Shown here: in pieces, positions 19,674 through 30,838 of the stretch
How positions within the stretch are numbered: position 1 is the stretch's first letter
Layout: every line of letters starts with the position of its first letter
DNA from: an uncultured Gemmatimonadales bacterium
GTDB lineage: Bacteria; Gemmatimonadota; Gemmatimonadetes; Longimicrobiales; RSA9
Assembly: GCA_963741945.1 (NCBI GenBank)
Contig: CAVUKA010000001.1
Coordinates: 224,001 to 288,000, forward strand
Length of the DNA stretch: 64,000 nucleotides
Reading direction: 5' to 3'
Notes under the pieces: generated by a model
What the model was told of the DNA's origin: nothing
Seen by the model: the letters and a program-made list of their open reading frames with translations, nothing else
Databases searched by the model: none
Made by a program: the position numbers and the translations under genes

Positions 19674-20278
19674 CCGGCCTCCCCCTGGCCGCGCGCCTTC
19701 AGGTAATCCACCACGAACCGGCCCAGCATGTCCCCCTCGAGGTTAACCCCGTCGCCAGGCTGGAGGTCCGAAAGGGTGGTGTGGTCCCAGGTATACGGGA
19801 TCAGCGCCACCTGCGCCACGTCCGGCGACGGCATCGCGTTCACCGTGAGGCTCACCCCCGCAATGGCGAGGGAGCCGTGCAGCACCGTGACTTCGCCGAC
19901 CTCCCCGGGCATGCGAACGTCAAGCTGGACGTGCTCGCCATCCCGCGTTACGCCCACGACCTCACCGACGCCGTCCACGTGGCCCTGCACCAGGTGTCCG
20001 CCCAGCCGCTCGCCCAGCGCGAGCGCCCGCTCCAGATTCACCCGGGACCCCGCTTCCAGCCGTCCGAGCGTGGTGCGGGACAGTGTGGTGGCGATCGCTT
20101 CCACATGGAAGCCCCCCGGCGAGACGGCGGTGGCCGTCAGGCAGACGCCCTCCACCGCCACCGAGTCTCCCTCCCGCAGCTCGTCCGCGAACGGCGCCTC
20201 GATCCGGAAGCGACGACCGTTCGAAACGTCCTCCACGCCCGCGATCCGACCCACCGCCTCAACGATCCCGCTGAACAT
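19670..20278 (-). CDS. ribE: Riboflavin synthase
   Basis: [29 protein letters not shown]. Confidence 0.95.
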   Translation of the reverse strand: MFSGIVEAVGRIAGVEDVSNGRRFRIEAPFADELREGDSVAVEGVCLTATAVSPGGFHVEAIATTLSRTTLGRLEAGSRVNLERALALGERLGGHLVQGHVDGVGEVVGVTRDGEHVQLDVRMPGEVGEVTVLHGSLAIAGVSLTVNAMPSPDVAQVALIPYTWDHTTLSDLQPGDGVNLEGDMLGRFVVDYLKARGQGEAG

Positions 20279-21390
20279 CAGTCGCTCCCATCTACGGTCA
20301 CCAGGATATCCCCACCCACCGCGCGCGTTTCGATCACGCGCCCGCGAAAACCGGGCGGCCCGCCCGGGAACGCCGCCACCCCTCCATCCCCGAAGATAAT
20401 GGGGGCGTAAAACAGATACAGCCGGTCCACGAAGCCGTCACGGAGCAGCGCCGACCCGAAACGACCGCCACCCTCGCAGAGCACTGTACGGACCTCTTCG
20501 TCGTACAGGCGACGCATCGCCGCGCCGAGGTCGAGGCCGCCGGCTCCTTCCGGGACCCGCAGCACGCGCACGCCGCGCTCCTCGAGCACCCGCACCCGCC
20601 CATCGGGCGCCGCTGCCGTGGCGAGCACCCACACCGGTGGCCCGGCGCCATCGCCCCCGCCGGCACCACCGCCCGCCAGTGCCCCGTCCGGGGGAAGCGT
20701 GGCGAGCGGGTCGGCGACGATGCGGACCGGCGGCCGCCTCGGCTCGGGCGCGGAGCGGACGGTCAGCCGCGGGTCGTCCGTCCTCGCCGTCCCCGCCCCC
20801 ACCAGGATGCCGTCGAACCCTGCCCGGAGCCTGTGCACTTCCGCTTCGGCCGCGCTCCCCGTGATCCGCGTCCGCTCGCCTGCCGCCGCCGCGATGCGCC
20901 CGTCCAGGGTCAAGCCGAACTTCAGGGCGACGAATGGCCGACCCCGCTCGATGGGCACCAGGAACAGGGCGTTCTGGACCCTTGCCCGGCCCTCCTCCAC
21001 CCCACCCGTCACCGCAACGCCCGCGCGCCGGAGCCGCTCCGCCCCACCCCCCGCCTCCGGGTGCGGATCAGCGACGGCGTAGACCACCCGCCCCACGCCC
21101 GCCGCGAGGAGCGCGTCCGTACACGGCGGCGTCTTCCCGTGGTGCGCACACGGCTCCAGCGTGACGTAGACCGTCGCTCCCCGGGCACGCGCCCCCGCCT
21201 CGCGGAGCGCCTGCACCTCCGCGTGCGGACCGCCGAACTCCCGGTGCGCGCCTTCTCCCACCACCTCGCCGTCCCGCACCACCACCGCCCCGACCAGCGG
21301 ATTCGGATGCACGCGCCCCCACCCGGCGGTGGCCAGATCCAGCGCCCGCCGCATGAAGCCGGCATCCATCTCTCGCTCGCTCACGTTCAC
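20278..21390 (-). CDS. ribD: Bifunctional deaminase/reductase RibD
   Basis: PNPLVG, HAE, TLEPCAHHGKTPPC, DDPRLT, EGG. Confidence 0.96.
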   Translation of the reverse strand: MNVSEREMDAGFMRRALDLATAGWGRVHPNPLVGAVVVRDGEVVGEGAHREFGGPHAEVQALREAGARARGATVYVTLEPCAHHGKTPPCTDALLAAGVGRVVYAVADPHPEAGGGAERLRRAGVAVTGGVEEGRARVQNALFLVPIERGRPFVALKFGLTLDGRIAAAAGERTRITGSAAEAEVHRLRAGFDGILVGAGTARTDDPRLTVRSAPEPRRPPVRIVADPLATLPPDGALAGGGAGGGDGAGPPVWVLATAAAPDGRVRVLEERGVRVLRVPEGAGGLDLGAAMRRLYDEEVRTVLCEGGGRFGSALLRDGFVDRLYLFYAPIIFGDGGVAAFPGGPPGFRGRVIETRAVGGDILVTVDGSD

Positions 21391-21406
21391 GGCTACCTCC
21401 CCCAGC

Positions 21407-22345
21407 TCAGATGACCAGCCGGAACGCGCCCGCCAGCCACCACCCTGAGCCTCCCCACTCGCCTTCGCCGCCCGCGCCCGAGGACGTCTGCTGCCACCCC
21501 GCCTCCAGCGTGAGACGCGTGATCACCCCGGCCCACGCCGCGCTGGCGAAGCCGCTCCAGCGATCATTCCTGGCTTCCGCCGCCGACCGCACCGGCGTCG
21601 ACCACCCGGACAGCCCGTATCCGAACGCGACGTCCCCGCTGTATCGGTGCACGGCGGCGCCCGCCGACAGGTCGAGCCCGGCCACGTGGCGGCTCGCGGC
21701 CAGCGTCGCACCCAGATCCGTGATCGGCACCTCGACGTATCCCGCCGTCGAGCCGGCGTCCGGGTCTCCGAAGACCACGCGCCCCGCATGGCCGAATGTC
21801 CCGGTGAGCGAAACCCCGGGGAGTCTCAGTGATTCACGCAGCACACCGACCCGGGCGCCCACCAGCCACCCGGCCGCGCCGCGATCCCGGAAACCGCGGC
21901 TCTCGGGAAGCCACGCGTACGAGCCACGCAGCAGGAGGTCGAGGGAAAGGACCCCCCCCACGGTCGGGGCGGGGGCGAACCCGGAAAAGACCCCGACGCT
22001 CCCCTGTCCGGAGAGTGCCGGCAGCAGCGCCGTCTCGCGGCCCGACCCGGGGCTCAGCAGCGGTGGGAGCGCCATGGGCAGGAGCGCCAGGCGGGCGGAG
22101 AGACTCACGCGCGGAACGCCCGCCATGCGCAGGCCCACTGTGCTCCCGGTGCCCGGGACCGGGTTGCCGCCGAAGAGCGCCAGCCCGACGCGCGACTGGA
22201 TGCTCCGGGCGGTCTCCACCGCCGTCACGCAGTCGGGGGGGACAGTCCCGCTGCACACCGTCGCCAGCGGATCGTTCTGCGCCCGCAGCGCTCCCGCACC
22301 TCCCAGGAGGAGCCCGACGGCGAGCGCGGCGCTCTGGGGAGACAC
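21407..22345 (-). CDS. Hypothetical exported protein, probable outer-membrane beta-barrel
   Basis: Signal peptide (ALRAQ), GGNPVPGT motif, amphipathic strands, C-terminal WWLAGAFRLVI. Start uncertain. Confidence 0.6.
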   Translation of the reverse strand: MSPQSAALAVGLLLGGAGALRAQNDPLATVCSGTVPPDCVTAVETARSIQSRVGLALFGGNPVPGTGSTVGLRMAGVPRVSLSARLALLPMALPPLLSPGSGRETALLPALSGQGSVGVFSGFAPAPTVGGVLSLDLLLRGSYAWLPESRGFRDRGAAGWLVGARVGVLRESLRLPGVSLTGTFGHAGRVVFGDPDAGSTAGYVEVPITDLGATLAASRHVAGLDLSAGAAVHRYSGDVAFGYGLSGWSTPVRSAAEARNDRWSGFASAAWAGVITRLTLEAGWQQTSSGAGGEGEWGGSGWWLAGAFRLVI

Positions 22346-22349
22346 GGTC

Positions 22350-23390
22350 CTACAACAGCGCCACGGCGGCACCACCGTCCGGCCGGGGCTCCACTTCCCC
22401 CACCACCCATGCGTCCTCCCCGGCGCTCCGCAGCGCTTCCACCATGGAGTCGACCCGGTCCGGCGCCACCATGAGGATCATCCCCACGCCCATGTTGAAC
22501 GTGTGGTACATCTCGGGCTCCGGCACACCGCCGCTCCGCATCACGCCTTCGAAGGCGGGAGGGAGGGTCCATGTCGAGCGCTGCACGCGCGCCTGCAGCC
22601 CGTCGGGGATCGACCGCGACAGGTTGCCCGGGATGCCGCCACCCGTGATGTGGGCCAGCGCGTGGAGGCCACCGTCGGACAGGAGCGGCCCCACGGCGGC
22701 GAGATAGCTGCGGTGGACGCGCAGCAGGACGTCGCTGACGTCCGCGTCCGTCCCGGGGAACGGATCGTCCAGGTCCAGCCCGAGCCGCTCGAACAGGAGC
22801 TTTCTCAGCAGCGAGTACCCGTTCGTATGGAAGCCGCTGGACGCCAGCGCCACCAGCGCGTCGCCCGGGCGCACCCGCTCCTTCGACGGCCGCGCCGTCT
22901 CCTCCACCATCCCGACGATGAAGCCGGCCAGGTCGTACTCGCCGGGCGCGTAGAAGTCGGGCATCTCCGCCGTCTCGCCGCCCAGCAGTGCACACCCGTT
23001 CTCGCGGCACCCGTGCGCCAGCCCCTCCACGAGCGCCTCCACGACGCCCTCGTCCAGCGCCCCCATCCCGATGTAGTCCAGGAAGAAGAGCGGACGCGCG
23101 CCCTCCACCAGGATGTCATCCACGCAATGGTTCACCAGGTCGCGGCCCACGGTGTCGTGTCGGCCGGCGCGCATCGCCACTTTCAGCTTCGTTCCCACGC
23201 CATCCGCGCTGGCCACGAGGACGGGGGAGGCAAGGCCCTGGGGTACGCGGAAGAGCCCGCCGAAGGATCCGACCTTGGACAGCACTCCGTCCACTTCCGT
23301 GGACGCCACCAGCCGGGCGATCCGGCCTTTGGCTCGCTCGGCCGTCTCGCGGTCGACGCCCGCGTCGCGGTAGCTGAGGTGCTCAGCCAT
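22350..23390 (-). CDS. purM: AIR synthetase
   Basis: YRDAGVD, DGVGTK, PLFFLDY, GGETAEMP, HTNGYSL, HITGGG, TFNMGVG. Confidence 0.97.
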   Translation of the reverse strand: MAEHLSYRDAGVDRETAERAKGRIARLVASTEVDGVLSKVGSFGGLFRVPQGLASPVLVASADGVGTKLKVAMRAGRHDTVGRDLVNHCVDDILVEGARPLFFLDYIGMGALDEGVVEALVEGLAHGCRENGCALLGGETAEMPDFYAPGEYDLAGFIVGMVEETARPSKERVRPGDALVALASSGFHTNGYSLLRKLLFERLGLDLDDPFPGTDADVSDVLLRVHRSYLAAVGPLLSDGGLHALAHITGGGIPGNLSRSIPDGLQARVQRSTWTLPPAFEGVMRSGGVPEPEMYHTFNMGVGMILMVAPDRVDSMVEALRSAGEDAWVVGEVEPRPDGGAAVALL

Positions 23391-24309
23391 GGACGGGTGC
23401 CGCCGGCTGTTCGAACGCGGTGAGGACGCGGAACTCCGCCACCCTCTCGTGGACCTCCTCCAGCGTCGTATCGGCCAGCCGCTGGACCCCCATGCGCTCG
23501 CACACCAGTGACCCCATGACGGAGCCGAAGATCATGGCCCGGCGCAGCTCGTCCGAATCGATGCTCCCGGCGCGGCCCAGCCAGCCCATGAAGCCGCCCG
23601 CGAACGCGTCGCCGGCACCCGTGGGGTCGTACACCTCCTCCAGCGGGTAGCCGGGCGCGAAGAACGTGCAGTCTTCGGCGAACAGGAGCGCACCGTGCTC
23701 CCCCTTCTTCACCACGACCACGGCGGGCCCGCGCTCGCGGATCCAGCGAGCGGCCCGCGCCAGGTTGTGGTCGCCCGAGAGCTGCCGGGCCTCGCTGTCG
23801 TTGATCATCAGGCAGTCCACGCGCTGCAGCAGCTCCATGAGGGCGTCGCGCTTCCCCTCGATCCAGTAGTCCATGGTGTCGCACGCCACGATCCGCGGAG
23901 AATGGACCTGGTCCAGGACTTTCAGCTGGAGCGCTGGGTCGATATTGGCCAGGAAGACGAGCTCCGCGTCGCGGTAGGCGGGCGGCAGCTTGGGGTCGAA
24001 CTCGGCGAACACGCCGAGCCGCGTGTCCAGCGTGTCCCGGGTGTTGAGATCGTAGTGATAGCGTCCGGACCAGAAGAAGCTCTCCCCCGGACAGTGCTCG
24101 AGACCCGCGAAGTCGACGCCGCGCGCCGCCAGAAAATCCAGCTCGGACAGGACGAAGTCATCGCCCACCACGCCCACCAGCTGAACGGGGTGCAGCAGCG
24201 AGGCGGCGGCCGAGAAGTACGTTGCCGCGCCGCCCAGCGTGCGTTCCGCCGTGGCGAACGGGGTCTCGATCCGATCGAACGCGACGCTCCCCACGACGAC
24301 GATGCTCAT
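23383..24309 (-). CDS. PfkB family carbohydrate/nucleoside kinase
   Basis: VGSVAFD, LGGAATY, DPTGAGDAFAGG. Confidence 0.92.
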   Translation of the reverse strand: MSIVVVGSVAFDRIETPFATAERTLGGAATYFSAAASLLHPVQLVGVVGDDFVLSELDFLAARGVDFAGLEHCPGESFFWSGRYHYDLNTRDTLDTRLGVFAEFDPKLPPAYRDAELVFLANIDPALQLKVLDQVHSPRIVACDTMDYWIEGKRDALMELLQRVDCLMINDSEARQLSGDHNLARAARWIRERGPAVVVVKKGEHGALLFAEDCTFFAPGYPLEEVYDPTGAGDAFAGGFMGWLGRAGSIDSDELRRAMIFGSVMGSLVCERMGVQRLADTTLEEVHERVAEFRVLTAFEQPAAPVHG

Positions 24310-25988
24310 GCCTGCTCCTCCCGCTCCATCCTCGAGGGCGCGCTCAGCCCCAGCACCTGGAGGCCGTTGCGCAGCACGATCCGGATTCCCCGCGCCAGCG
24401 CCAGCCTGGCCGCGCGGAGCTCCGGATCGTCCACCAGCACGGCCAGCTCGGGATTCCGGCTCGGGTTCCCCGAGTGGTACCACGAGTTGGCCAGTCCGGC
24501 GGTCTCCTCAAGGTAGTCGCACACCAGGTGGGGCGCACGGCCTTCCGCCGCCCGCTGCAGCACTTCCGGAAAACGCGCCAGCTGCTTCACCAGCCCCTGC
24601 TCGTCGCCCGTCTCCAGCCGCTCCAGTGGCGCACCCTCCGCGGGCGGCTCCGGCGGAACACCGGCCTTGCGGAAGATGCTCATCATCCGGGCGTGGGCGT
24701 ACTGCACCTTGTACACCGGGTTCTTCTCCGAGTGGTCGAGCGCCAGGTCGAGGTCGAACACCATCTGCGTGTCCCCGCGACGCATGAGGAAGAAGTAGCG
24801 CGCCACGTCCGGGCCGGTCTCCTCGAACAGCTCCCGCAGCGTCACGAACTCACCCGCCCGCTTGCTCAGCTTCGCTTCCACGCCTCCGCGGAGGATGCGC
24901 ACCATCTGGACGATCTCCACGTCCAGGAACCCAGCCAGCCCCATGGCCGCGAGCGCCGCCTGCATGCGCGGGACGTAGCCGTGGTGATCGGCGCCCCAGA
25001 CGTTGATGGCGTGATCGAACCCCCGCCGCGCCTTCTCCCGGTGGTACGCCATGTCCGGGACGAAGTAGGTGTAGGTGCCATCGCCCTTGATCAGGACCCG
25101 GTCCTTGTCATCCCCGAAGTCGCTCGTGCGGAGCCACGTCGCGCCCTCGTGCTCGTACGTGAGCCCGCGCTCCCGGAGCAGCGCCAGTGTGTCCGCAATG
25201 TGGCCCTCTTCGTACACCCGGCTCTCCGGGTACCATTCGTCGAACACCACACCGAACGCCTCCAGGTCCCGCGCCTGCCCCGCTTGCAGCGCTTCCACGG
25301 CGAAGTCGCGAAGCAGCGGGATCCGCTCCCCGGGCGAAGACGACGCCAGCCGCTCCCCCAGCACCGCGTCCGCCTCCCGCGCCAGCGTCACGAGGTAATC
25401 GCCGTGATAGCCACCTTCCGGGATCTCCGCCGCTTCCCCGTTCAGCTGCCGCCAGCGCGCGTCCAGCGACTCGGCCAGCCGGTCGATCTGCACGCCCGCA
25501 TCATTGATGTAGAACTCGCGCCACGCCTGTTGACCGGTCCATTCCAGGAGCCGCGCGATGGCGTCGCCCAACGCCGCGCCGCGACCATGCGCCACGTGCA
25601 GCGGCCCCGTGGGATTCGCGGACACGAACTCCACCATCACTCGCTGCGGGTCGTCCGCTGGCATCCGGCCGAAAGAGCCGTCTTCCCGCAGCACGCGCTC
25701 CAGCAGCGCCGACAGCTCCGCCCGGCTCAGGCGGAAGTTCAGGAAGCCCGGTCCCGCGACCTCGACGCCCGCCACGCCCGCGCCCTCGAGGTCGAGCGCG
25801 TCCACGATCCGCTGCGCCACCTGCCGCGGCGACTGCTTGAGCCGCCCCGCCAGCGTCATGGCCACGTTGCTGGCCAGGTCGCCGTGGTCCGGGCTGCGCG
25901 GTCGCTCGAGCTGGATTTCGGCGTCCTCCACGCCGAGCTCGGCCACCGCCGCGGTCAGCGCGCCCCGGAGTCGCTCCTCGGCGGTCAT
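24306..25988 (-). CDS. argS: Arginyl-tRNA synthetase
   Basis: [42 protein letters not shown]. Confidence 0.97.
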   Translation of the reverse strand: MTAEERLRGALTAAVAELGVEDAEIQLERPRSPDHGDLASNVAMTLAGRLKQSPRQVAQRIVDALDLEGAGVAGVEVAGPGFLNFRLSRAELSALLERVLREDGSFGRMPADDPQRVMVEFVSANPTGPLHVAHGRGAALGDAIARLLEWTGQQAWREFYINDAGVQIDRLAESLDARWRQLNGEAAEIPEGGYHGDYLVTLAREADAVLGERLASSSPGERIPLLRDFAVEALQAGQARDLEAFGVVFDEWYPESRVYEEGHIADTLALLRERGLTYEHEGATWLRTSDFGDDKDRVLIKGDGTYTYFVPDMAYHREKARRGFDHAINVWGADHHGYVPRMQAALAAMGLAGFLDVEIVQMVRILRGGVEAKLSKRAGEFVTLRELFEETGPDVARYFFLMRRGDTQMVFDLDLALDHSEKNPVYKVQYAHARMMSIFRKAGVPPEPPAEGAPLERLETGDEQGLVKQLARFPEVLQRAAEGRAPHLVCDYLEETAGLANSWYHSGNPSRNPELAVLVDDPELRAARLALARGIRIVLRNGLQVLGLSAPSRMEREEQA

Positions 25989-26341
25989 TCCTTGCCTTTC
26001 GACGACGCCGGGCCCTTTGATTCCGTGCTCTTCGACCCCGACCCCTTCGACTCCGCGCCTTTCGATCCCGCGTCCGCGCCGGAGCTCGAGTCGGACCCGG
26101 TCTTCGAAGGCTTCGCCTCCCTGGTGTCCCCCTTGTCCTTCGCCGCTTCTTTCTTGTAGCTCTCGCTCCGGTAGTCCGTGATGTAGAAGCCCTCGCCCTT
26201 GAACAGGAAGCCCGCGCCTCCGGACAGCACCCGCTCCGCCGCTTCACCGCATTCCGGACACTCCGTGAGCGGCGGATCGCTCATGCGCTGGAACTTCTCG
26301 AACTCGTGCCCATTCGGGCACCGGTACTCATAGGTCGGCAT
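25985..26341 (-). CDS. FmdB family zinc ribbon protein with xxSKG low-complexity tail
   Basis: MPTYEYRC...CPECG...[11 protein letters not shown]. Confidence 0.9.
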   Translation of the reverse strand: MPTYEYRCPNGHEFEKFQRMSDPPLTECPECGEAAERVLSGGAGFLFKGEGFYITDYRSESYKKEAAKDKGDTREAKPSKTGSDSSSGADAGSKGAESKGSGSKSTESKGPASSKGKE

Positions 26342-27913
26342 TCACACTCCCCCGTACTCGCCCCATTCGGCGCGCAGCACGTCACTGATCTCTCCCAGCG
26401 ACGCCAGCGCCTTCACGGCTTCCACCATTGGCGGCATCAGGTTGGACTCGCCTCTGGCCGCGTCGCGCACGGCCGCGAGCGCACGAGCCACGGCCCTGTT
26501 GTCGCGCTTCGACCGCACGGCGGCCAGTCGCTCCTTCTGACCGGCTTCCAGCGCGCCGTAGTCCGGCTGCTGGATCCGCATGCCGGCGTCGGGTTCGCGG
26601 TACTCGTTCACCCCGACGATCACGCGCTCGCCGGACTCCACCGCCTGCTGATGCTCGTACGCCGAGCGGTGGATCTCCTCCTGGAAGAAGGGGATGCAGC
26701 GCGCGGCGCCGCCGCGCTCGTCCACTTCCGCGAGGTAATCCCGCGCCCGCGCCTCGAGCCCGTCCGTCAGCGCCTCCACGTAGTAGCTCCCGCCCAGAGG
26801 GTCGACCGTCTGGGCCGTCCCGGACTCGTGCGCCAGGATCTGCTGCGTCCGCAGCGCCAGTTTGGCCGACTCGGCCGTGGGCAGCGCCAGCGCTTCGTCG
26901 AACGCGTTGGTGTGCAGCGACTGCGTACCCCCGAGCACTGCGGCCAGCGCCTGCACCGTGACCCGGACCACGTTGTTCATCGGCTGCTGCGCGGTGAGGG
27001 TAACGCCGCCCGTCTGGGTGTGGAAGCGGAGCCGCGCCGAGGCGTCATCGGCACCGTAGCGCTCACGCATGAGCCGCGCCCACAGCCGCCGCGCGGCCCG
27101 GAACTTCGCCACTTCCTCGAACAGGTCGTTGTGCGCGGCGAAGAAGAAGGAGAGGCGGGGGGCGAAGTCGTTGATGGCGAGCCCGGCGGCGCGGGCACGC
27201 TCCACGTATTCCAGCGCATTGGCGAACGTGAACGCGATCTCCTGAGCCGCCGTGGCCCCCGCTTCCCGGATGTGGTAGCCGCTGATGGAGATCGTGTTCC
27301 AGCGCGGCGTTTCCGCGGCGCAGAACGAGAACGTGTCCGTGATGAGCCGCAGACTCGGCTCGACGGGGTAGATGTACGTGCCCCGGGCAATGTACTCCTT
27401 CAGGATGTCGTTCTGGATGGTGCCGGCCAGGCGGTCGCGGGCGACGCCCCGCTCGTCGCCGAGCGCCACGTAGAGCGCCAGCAGGATGGCGGCTGTCGCA
27501 TTGATCGTCATCGAGACGGACACCCTGTCGAGCGGGATGCCGTCGAACAGGGTGCGCATGTCTTCCAGCGTGTCGATGGCCACACCCACCCGCCCGACTT
27601 CCCCTGCCGCCATTGCCGCATCCGAGTCGTACCCCATCTGCGTGGGGAGATCGAAAGCCACGCTCAGCCCTGTCTGCCCCGCATCGAGCAGGTAGCGGTA
27701 GCGCTCGTTCGTTTCCTGCGCGGTGCCGAACCCCGCGTACTGCCGCATGGTCCACAGTCGCCCGCGGTACATGTTCGGGTAGACGCCACGTGTATACGGA
27801 AACGACCCCGGCTCTCCCAGCGACGACGGCTCCGGCGCGCTTTCCGGGCCATAGCAGGGCTCGACGTCCTGCCCGCTCGTGGTCACGAAGCGGCGCTCCT
27901 CCCGCTCAGTCAT
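26342..27913 (-). CDS. Methylmalonyl-CoA mutase family, substrate-binding (large) subunit
   Basis: [43 protein letters not shown]. No DxHxxG B12 domain. Confidence 0.93.
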   Translation of the reverse strand: MTEREERRFVTTSGQDVEPCYGPESAPEPSSLGEPGSFPYTRGVYPNMYRGRLWTMRQYAGFGTAQETNERYRYLLDAGQTGLSVAFDLPTQMGYDSDAAMAAGEVGRVGVAIDTLEDMRTLFDGIPLDRVSVSMTINATAAILLALYVALGDERGVARDRLAGTIQNDILKEYIARGTYIYPVEPSLRLITDTFSFCAAETPRWNTISISGYHIREAGATAAQEIAFTFANALEYVERARAAGLAINDFAPRLSFFFAAHNDLFEEVAKFRAARRLWARLMRERYGADDASARLRFHTQTGGVTLTAQQPMNNVVRVTVQALAAVLGGTQSLHTNAFDEALALPTAESAKLALRTQQILAHESGTAQTVDPLGGSYYVEALTDGLEARARDYLAEVDERGGAARCIPFFQEEIHRSAYEHQQAVESGERVIVGVNEYREPDAGMRIQQPDYGALEAGQKERLAAVRSKRDNRAVARALAAVRDAARGESNLMPPMVEAVKALASLGEISDVLRAEWGEYGGV

Positions 27914-28448
27914 CCCCGTCCCCTTTCTCCCGCCCCTCGGTTTCCGCTGCCGCCCGGAACTCCACCAGGACCGCCCCCTTCTCCACGGGCGCGCCCTCCT
28001 CCACGGCCACGCGCGCCACGATCCCGGCCGCGGGCGCCTTCAGGTCGTTCTCCATCTTCATGGCTTCGATGATCGCCACGCTCTGCCCGGCCGCCACCGC
28101 CTCGCCCGGCTTCACGAACACTGCCACCACCAGCCCCGGCATGGGAGCGCGCACGGGCTTCGGCCCCTCCGGCCCGGCCGCCCGGCCGGTCATCGCCCGG
28201 ATCGCGCGCGTTCGCTCGTCCAGCACTTCCGCGTGGAACTTCGCGCCGTCCAGGTGGAGATCCCAGCCGTACCGGTCTGTGCGCTGGGCCACGAACGTGT
28301 GCGACCGGCCGTTCGCCAGCAGGTGCCGCGTGGGCGTGCCCGGTACCCGCGCCAGCTCGGCGTCCACCGGGTCGCCATCCACACGCGGGACCTCCCCGGT
28401 GAGGTCCACCTCGAAGGTCCGGTCTCCCAGCGTCACATAGTAGCGCAT
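27906..28448 (-). CDS. Biotin carboxyl carrier protein
   Basis: [18 protein letters not shown]. Confidence 0.92.
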   Translation of the reverse strand: MRYYVTLGDRTFEVDLTGEVPRVDGDPVDAELARVPGTPTRHLLANGRSHTFVAQRTDRYGWDLHLDGAKFHAEVLDERTRAIRAMTGRAAGPEGPKPVRAPMPGLVVAVFVKPGEAVAAGQSVAIIEAMKMENDLKAPAAGIVARVAVEEGAPVEKGAVLVEFRAAAETEGREKGDGDD

Positions 28449-29704
28449 TCCATCTCCATCACCGTTTCCACGTGCGCAGTCTGCGGGAACAGGTCGAAGC
28501 AGCGGATGCCGGTAATGCGGTAGGCCGCGCCCAGCCGCTGCACGTCCCGCGCGAGCGTGGCCGGGTCGCAGCTCACGTACAGCAGGGTCCGGGGCGGCCG
28601 CTCCCGGAGCGTCCGCGCGACGTTCGCGTGCACGCCGGAGCGCGGCGGGTTGAGCAGGACCAGGTCCGCCGGGAGCGCCGCCGGCAGCAGATCCTCGACG
28701 CGGCCTTGCAGGAACATGCTCCCGGGCGACGCCCGGCGCGCTTCCGCCACTGCGTCCGGGTGCGCCTCGATCCCGGTCACCCGCACGCCGTCGCGCGCCA
28801 GCCGACGCGCGTGGAGACCCACACCGCAATAGGCGTCCAGAACCGTCTCCGGGCCGGCCGCCCGAACCCGGTCCAGGACGTACGATTCGAGTGCGTCGGC
28901 CGCGTCCCGGTTCACTTGCGTGAAAACGTCGCCGCTCAGCTCCAGCTCCTCTTCGCCCCAGCGGTCTCGAAGGCCCGCGTCGCCGGCCAGGAGAACGAAT
29001 GCGGCCGCACCGTTCGGGCGGTGCCACACCGCCGCGAGCCCGGGGACCGCCTGCAGCAGCTCGGCCGGCCGCCCTGGCGCATAGCCGCCATCGATCGCCA
29101 GGGCCACCTCGCCGCTCCCGCTGCCCCGCAGCGTCAGGCGGAGCTCGTCCCCGGACGGCAGCCGCATCGCCCCTTCTCCCCAGTCCCGGCGCAACGCGCC
29201 CCAGGCGGCGGCCACCGCCGGCTCCGGCAGCAGGCACCCGGCCGCCACGTCCACCACGCGATCGGGCTCCTCGAGGGCGCGGAAGCCGGCCACCACGTCG
29301 GTCCCGGCGCCGCGCCGCAACGTGAACGAGACGCGGTTGCGGTAGCCGAACTCCCTGGGCGACGGGACCACCGCCGGCTCATCGACCTCCCGCTTCCCGA
29401 TGCGGCGCAGGGCCTCCAGGACGATCCGCCCCTTCGCGCGCAGCTGGGCATGGTAGTGCATGTGCTCGAGCGTGCACCCGCCGCACCGATCGTAGTGCGG
29501 ACACGGCGCGACCCGGCGATCGGGCGACGACCGGATCACGCGCACCAGCTCGCTCCGCGTCCAGCGCGCCTTCTCCTCCACCACGCGCACGTCCACCTCG
29601 TCGCCGGGCGCCGTCCGGTGCACGAACGTGACGCGGCCGTCCCGGAGCCGTCCAACGCCTGCCCCGCCGGCCGCGATTCCCGTAATCTCCGTCGTCTCCA
29701 CCAC
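28433..29704 (-). CDS. rlmD: 23S rRNA m5U methyltransferase RlmD/TrmA family (TRAM + Fe-S)
   Basis: CPHYDRCGGC, YRNR, FTQVN, DAYCGVG, NPPR, YVSCDPATLARD, FPQTAHVE. Confidence 0.88.
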   Translation of the reverse strand: MVETTEITGIAAGGAGVGRLRDGRVTFVHRTAPGDEVDVRVVEEKARWTRSELVRVIRSSPDRRVAPCPHYDRCGGCTLEHMHYHAQLRAKGRIVLEALRRIGKREVDEPAVVPSPREFGYRNRVSFTLRRGAGTDVVAGFRALEEPDRVVDVAAGCLLPEPAVAAAWGALRRDWGEGAMRLPSGDELRLTLRGSGSGEVALAIDGGYAPGRPAELLQAVPGLAAVWHRPNGAAAFVLLAGDAGLRDRWGEEELELSGDVFTQVNRDAADALESYVLDRVRAAGPETVLDAYCGVGLHARRLARDGVRVTGIEAHPDAVAEARRASPGSMFLQGRVEDLLPAALPADLVLLNPPRSGVHANVARTLRERPPRTLLYVSCDPATLARDVQRLGAAYRITGIRCFDLFPQTAHVETVMEMECATM

Positions 29705-29726
29705 TCCCCCCCCGAGCAATGCGGGC

Positions 29727-29774
29727 AAAAAGATAGCCCGTCCGTCTCCAGGCTGAAAGGACGGACGGGCTGTC
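29727..29774 (-). terminator. Intrinsic terminator of the ECF/anti-sigma operon
   Basis: 12-bp stem AGCCCGTCCGTC/GACGGACGGGCT followed by a T-tract on the minus strand. Confidence 0.7.
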
Positions 29775-29795
29775 GAACTCGTCGTTCTGGCAGGC

Positions 29796-30326
29796 TCAGA
29801 AGCGCATTCCGCCTGGCGGGCCCCCGGGTCGACTTGCGGGCGGCCCGGCGCGCATGCGCTGGACCCGGTCGTTGAACTGCATGCGCATCACCAGAAACAT
29901 GGCCTGCTGGCGGGCATCCAGGAAGGTGGCGAGCTCGCGCGCCTCGCGGTCCTCGATGGCCCGCTCCCTCGCGCGCAGCGCCTGTACCCGCTCCAGGAGC
30001 TGCCCGTAGCGGCGCGCGTCCGTGCTGTCCGAGCGGACCGCGCGCATGAGGTCCATGCGCACCGCCCGGCTCTCCTGCGCCAGATCCTGGCGGGCGCTCA
30101 CCCCCCGCGCCAGCACCGTGTCCAGCTTCGCCCGCTGCCCCGCGTCGAGCCCCAGCCGATCCGCGACCTGCGCCATGAAGCGACTCTGAATCTGCTGCGC
30201 CAGCTCGGAGCGCCGCTCCTCTCCGGGTCCGGGCCGCTGCCCGGGCCGCCCCTGCCCCTGTGCCGACAACGCGGCCGGCCCCAGTAGCAGGGCGGCGAAC
30301 ACCACCGATCGCACCATGGTCCTCAT
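29796..30326 (-). CDS. Periplasmic helical protein, Spy/CpxP / heavy-metal-sensor-like
   Basis: Signal peptide (ALSAQ), LGLDAGQRAKL and FLDARQQ (LTxxQ-like) repeats. Confidence 0.65.
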   Translation of the reverse strand: MRTMVRSVVFAALLLGPAALSAQGQGRPGQRPGPGEERRSELAQQIQSRFMAQVADRLGLDAGQRAKLDTVLARGVSARQDLAQESRAVRMDLMRAVRSDSTDARRYGQLLERVQALRARERAIEDREARELATFLDARQQAMFLVMRMQFNDRVQRMRAGPPASRPGGPPGGMRF

Positions 30327-30838
30327 GATTCCATGTCCTCCAGCAGGGTCTGCAGCTGCTCCTCCGAGAGATCCACGAGCACGGGCTCCCCCGCCACGAT
30401 GCCGTCCGACGCCGGCCACGCCCCGAACGGTTCGTAGCTCTCCGTGGTCGCCAGGGTCGCGGCATCCTCGGCGGGGGACCCGGAGCCACGCCCACCGAGA
30501 CCCGCCCATACCAGCGCGAGCGTGGCCGCCGCGGCCGCGGGCAGCGCCCACGGGAGCCACGGCGCCCGGGCCCGACCACGCCGGGGCCGGATCAGGGAGA
30601 CTGCGGGCTCCCGCTTCCCCGGGCGCGCTTCGACCAGCACGGCCTCCCGGATGCGCGTCTCGAGCCCGGGCGGCGTCGTGACGGGCGACGACCGGAGGCA
30701 CCGCACCACGGCCAGCTCCGCGCGACACGCGCCGCAGTCGGCCAGGTGCGCCTCCAGATCCGCCAGCCGCGCTGCCGGCAGCCGCCCCGCAGCGTGCTCC
30801 ACCAGCGCGTCCGTGTACGTCTCGCACGCTCTGTTCAT
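30323..30838 (-). CDS. Zinc-binding (ZAS, zf-HC2) transmembrane anti-sigma factor
   Basis: HLADCGAC (HxxxCxxC), single TM; overlaps the sigma stop. Confidence 0.85.
   Translation of the reverse strand: MNRACETYTDALVEHAAGRLPAARLADLEAHLADCGACRAELAVVRCLRSSPVTTPPGLETRIREAVLVEARPGKREPAVSLIRPRRGRARAPWLPWALPAAAAATLALVWAGLGGRGSGSPAEDAATLATTESYEPFGAWPASDGIVAGEPVLVDLSEEQLQTLLEDMES

Noticed and set aside
21391-21406. FMN riboswitch before ribD
   Set aside because: The intergenic gap is only 16 nt.
25990-26075. 15-bp-period xxSKG repeats in the FmdB tail
   Set aside because: This is an ordinary low-complexity tail common in the family.
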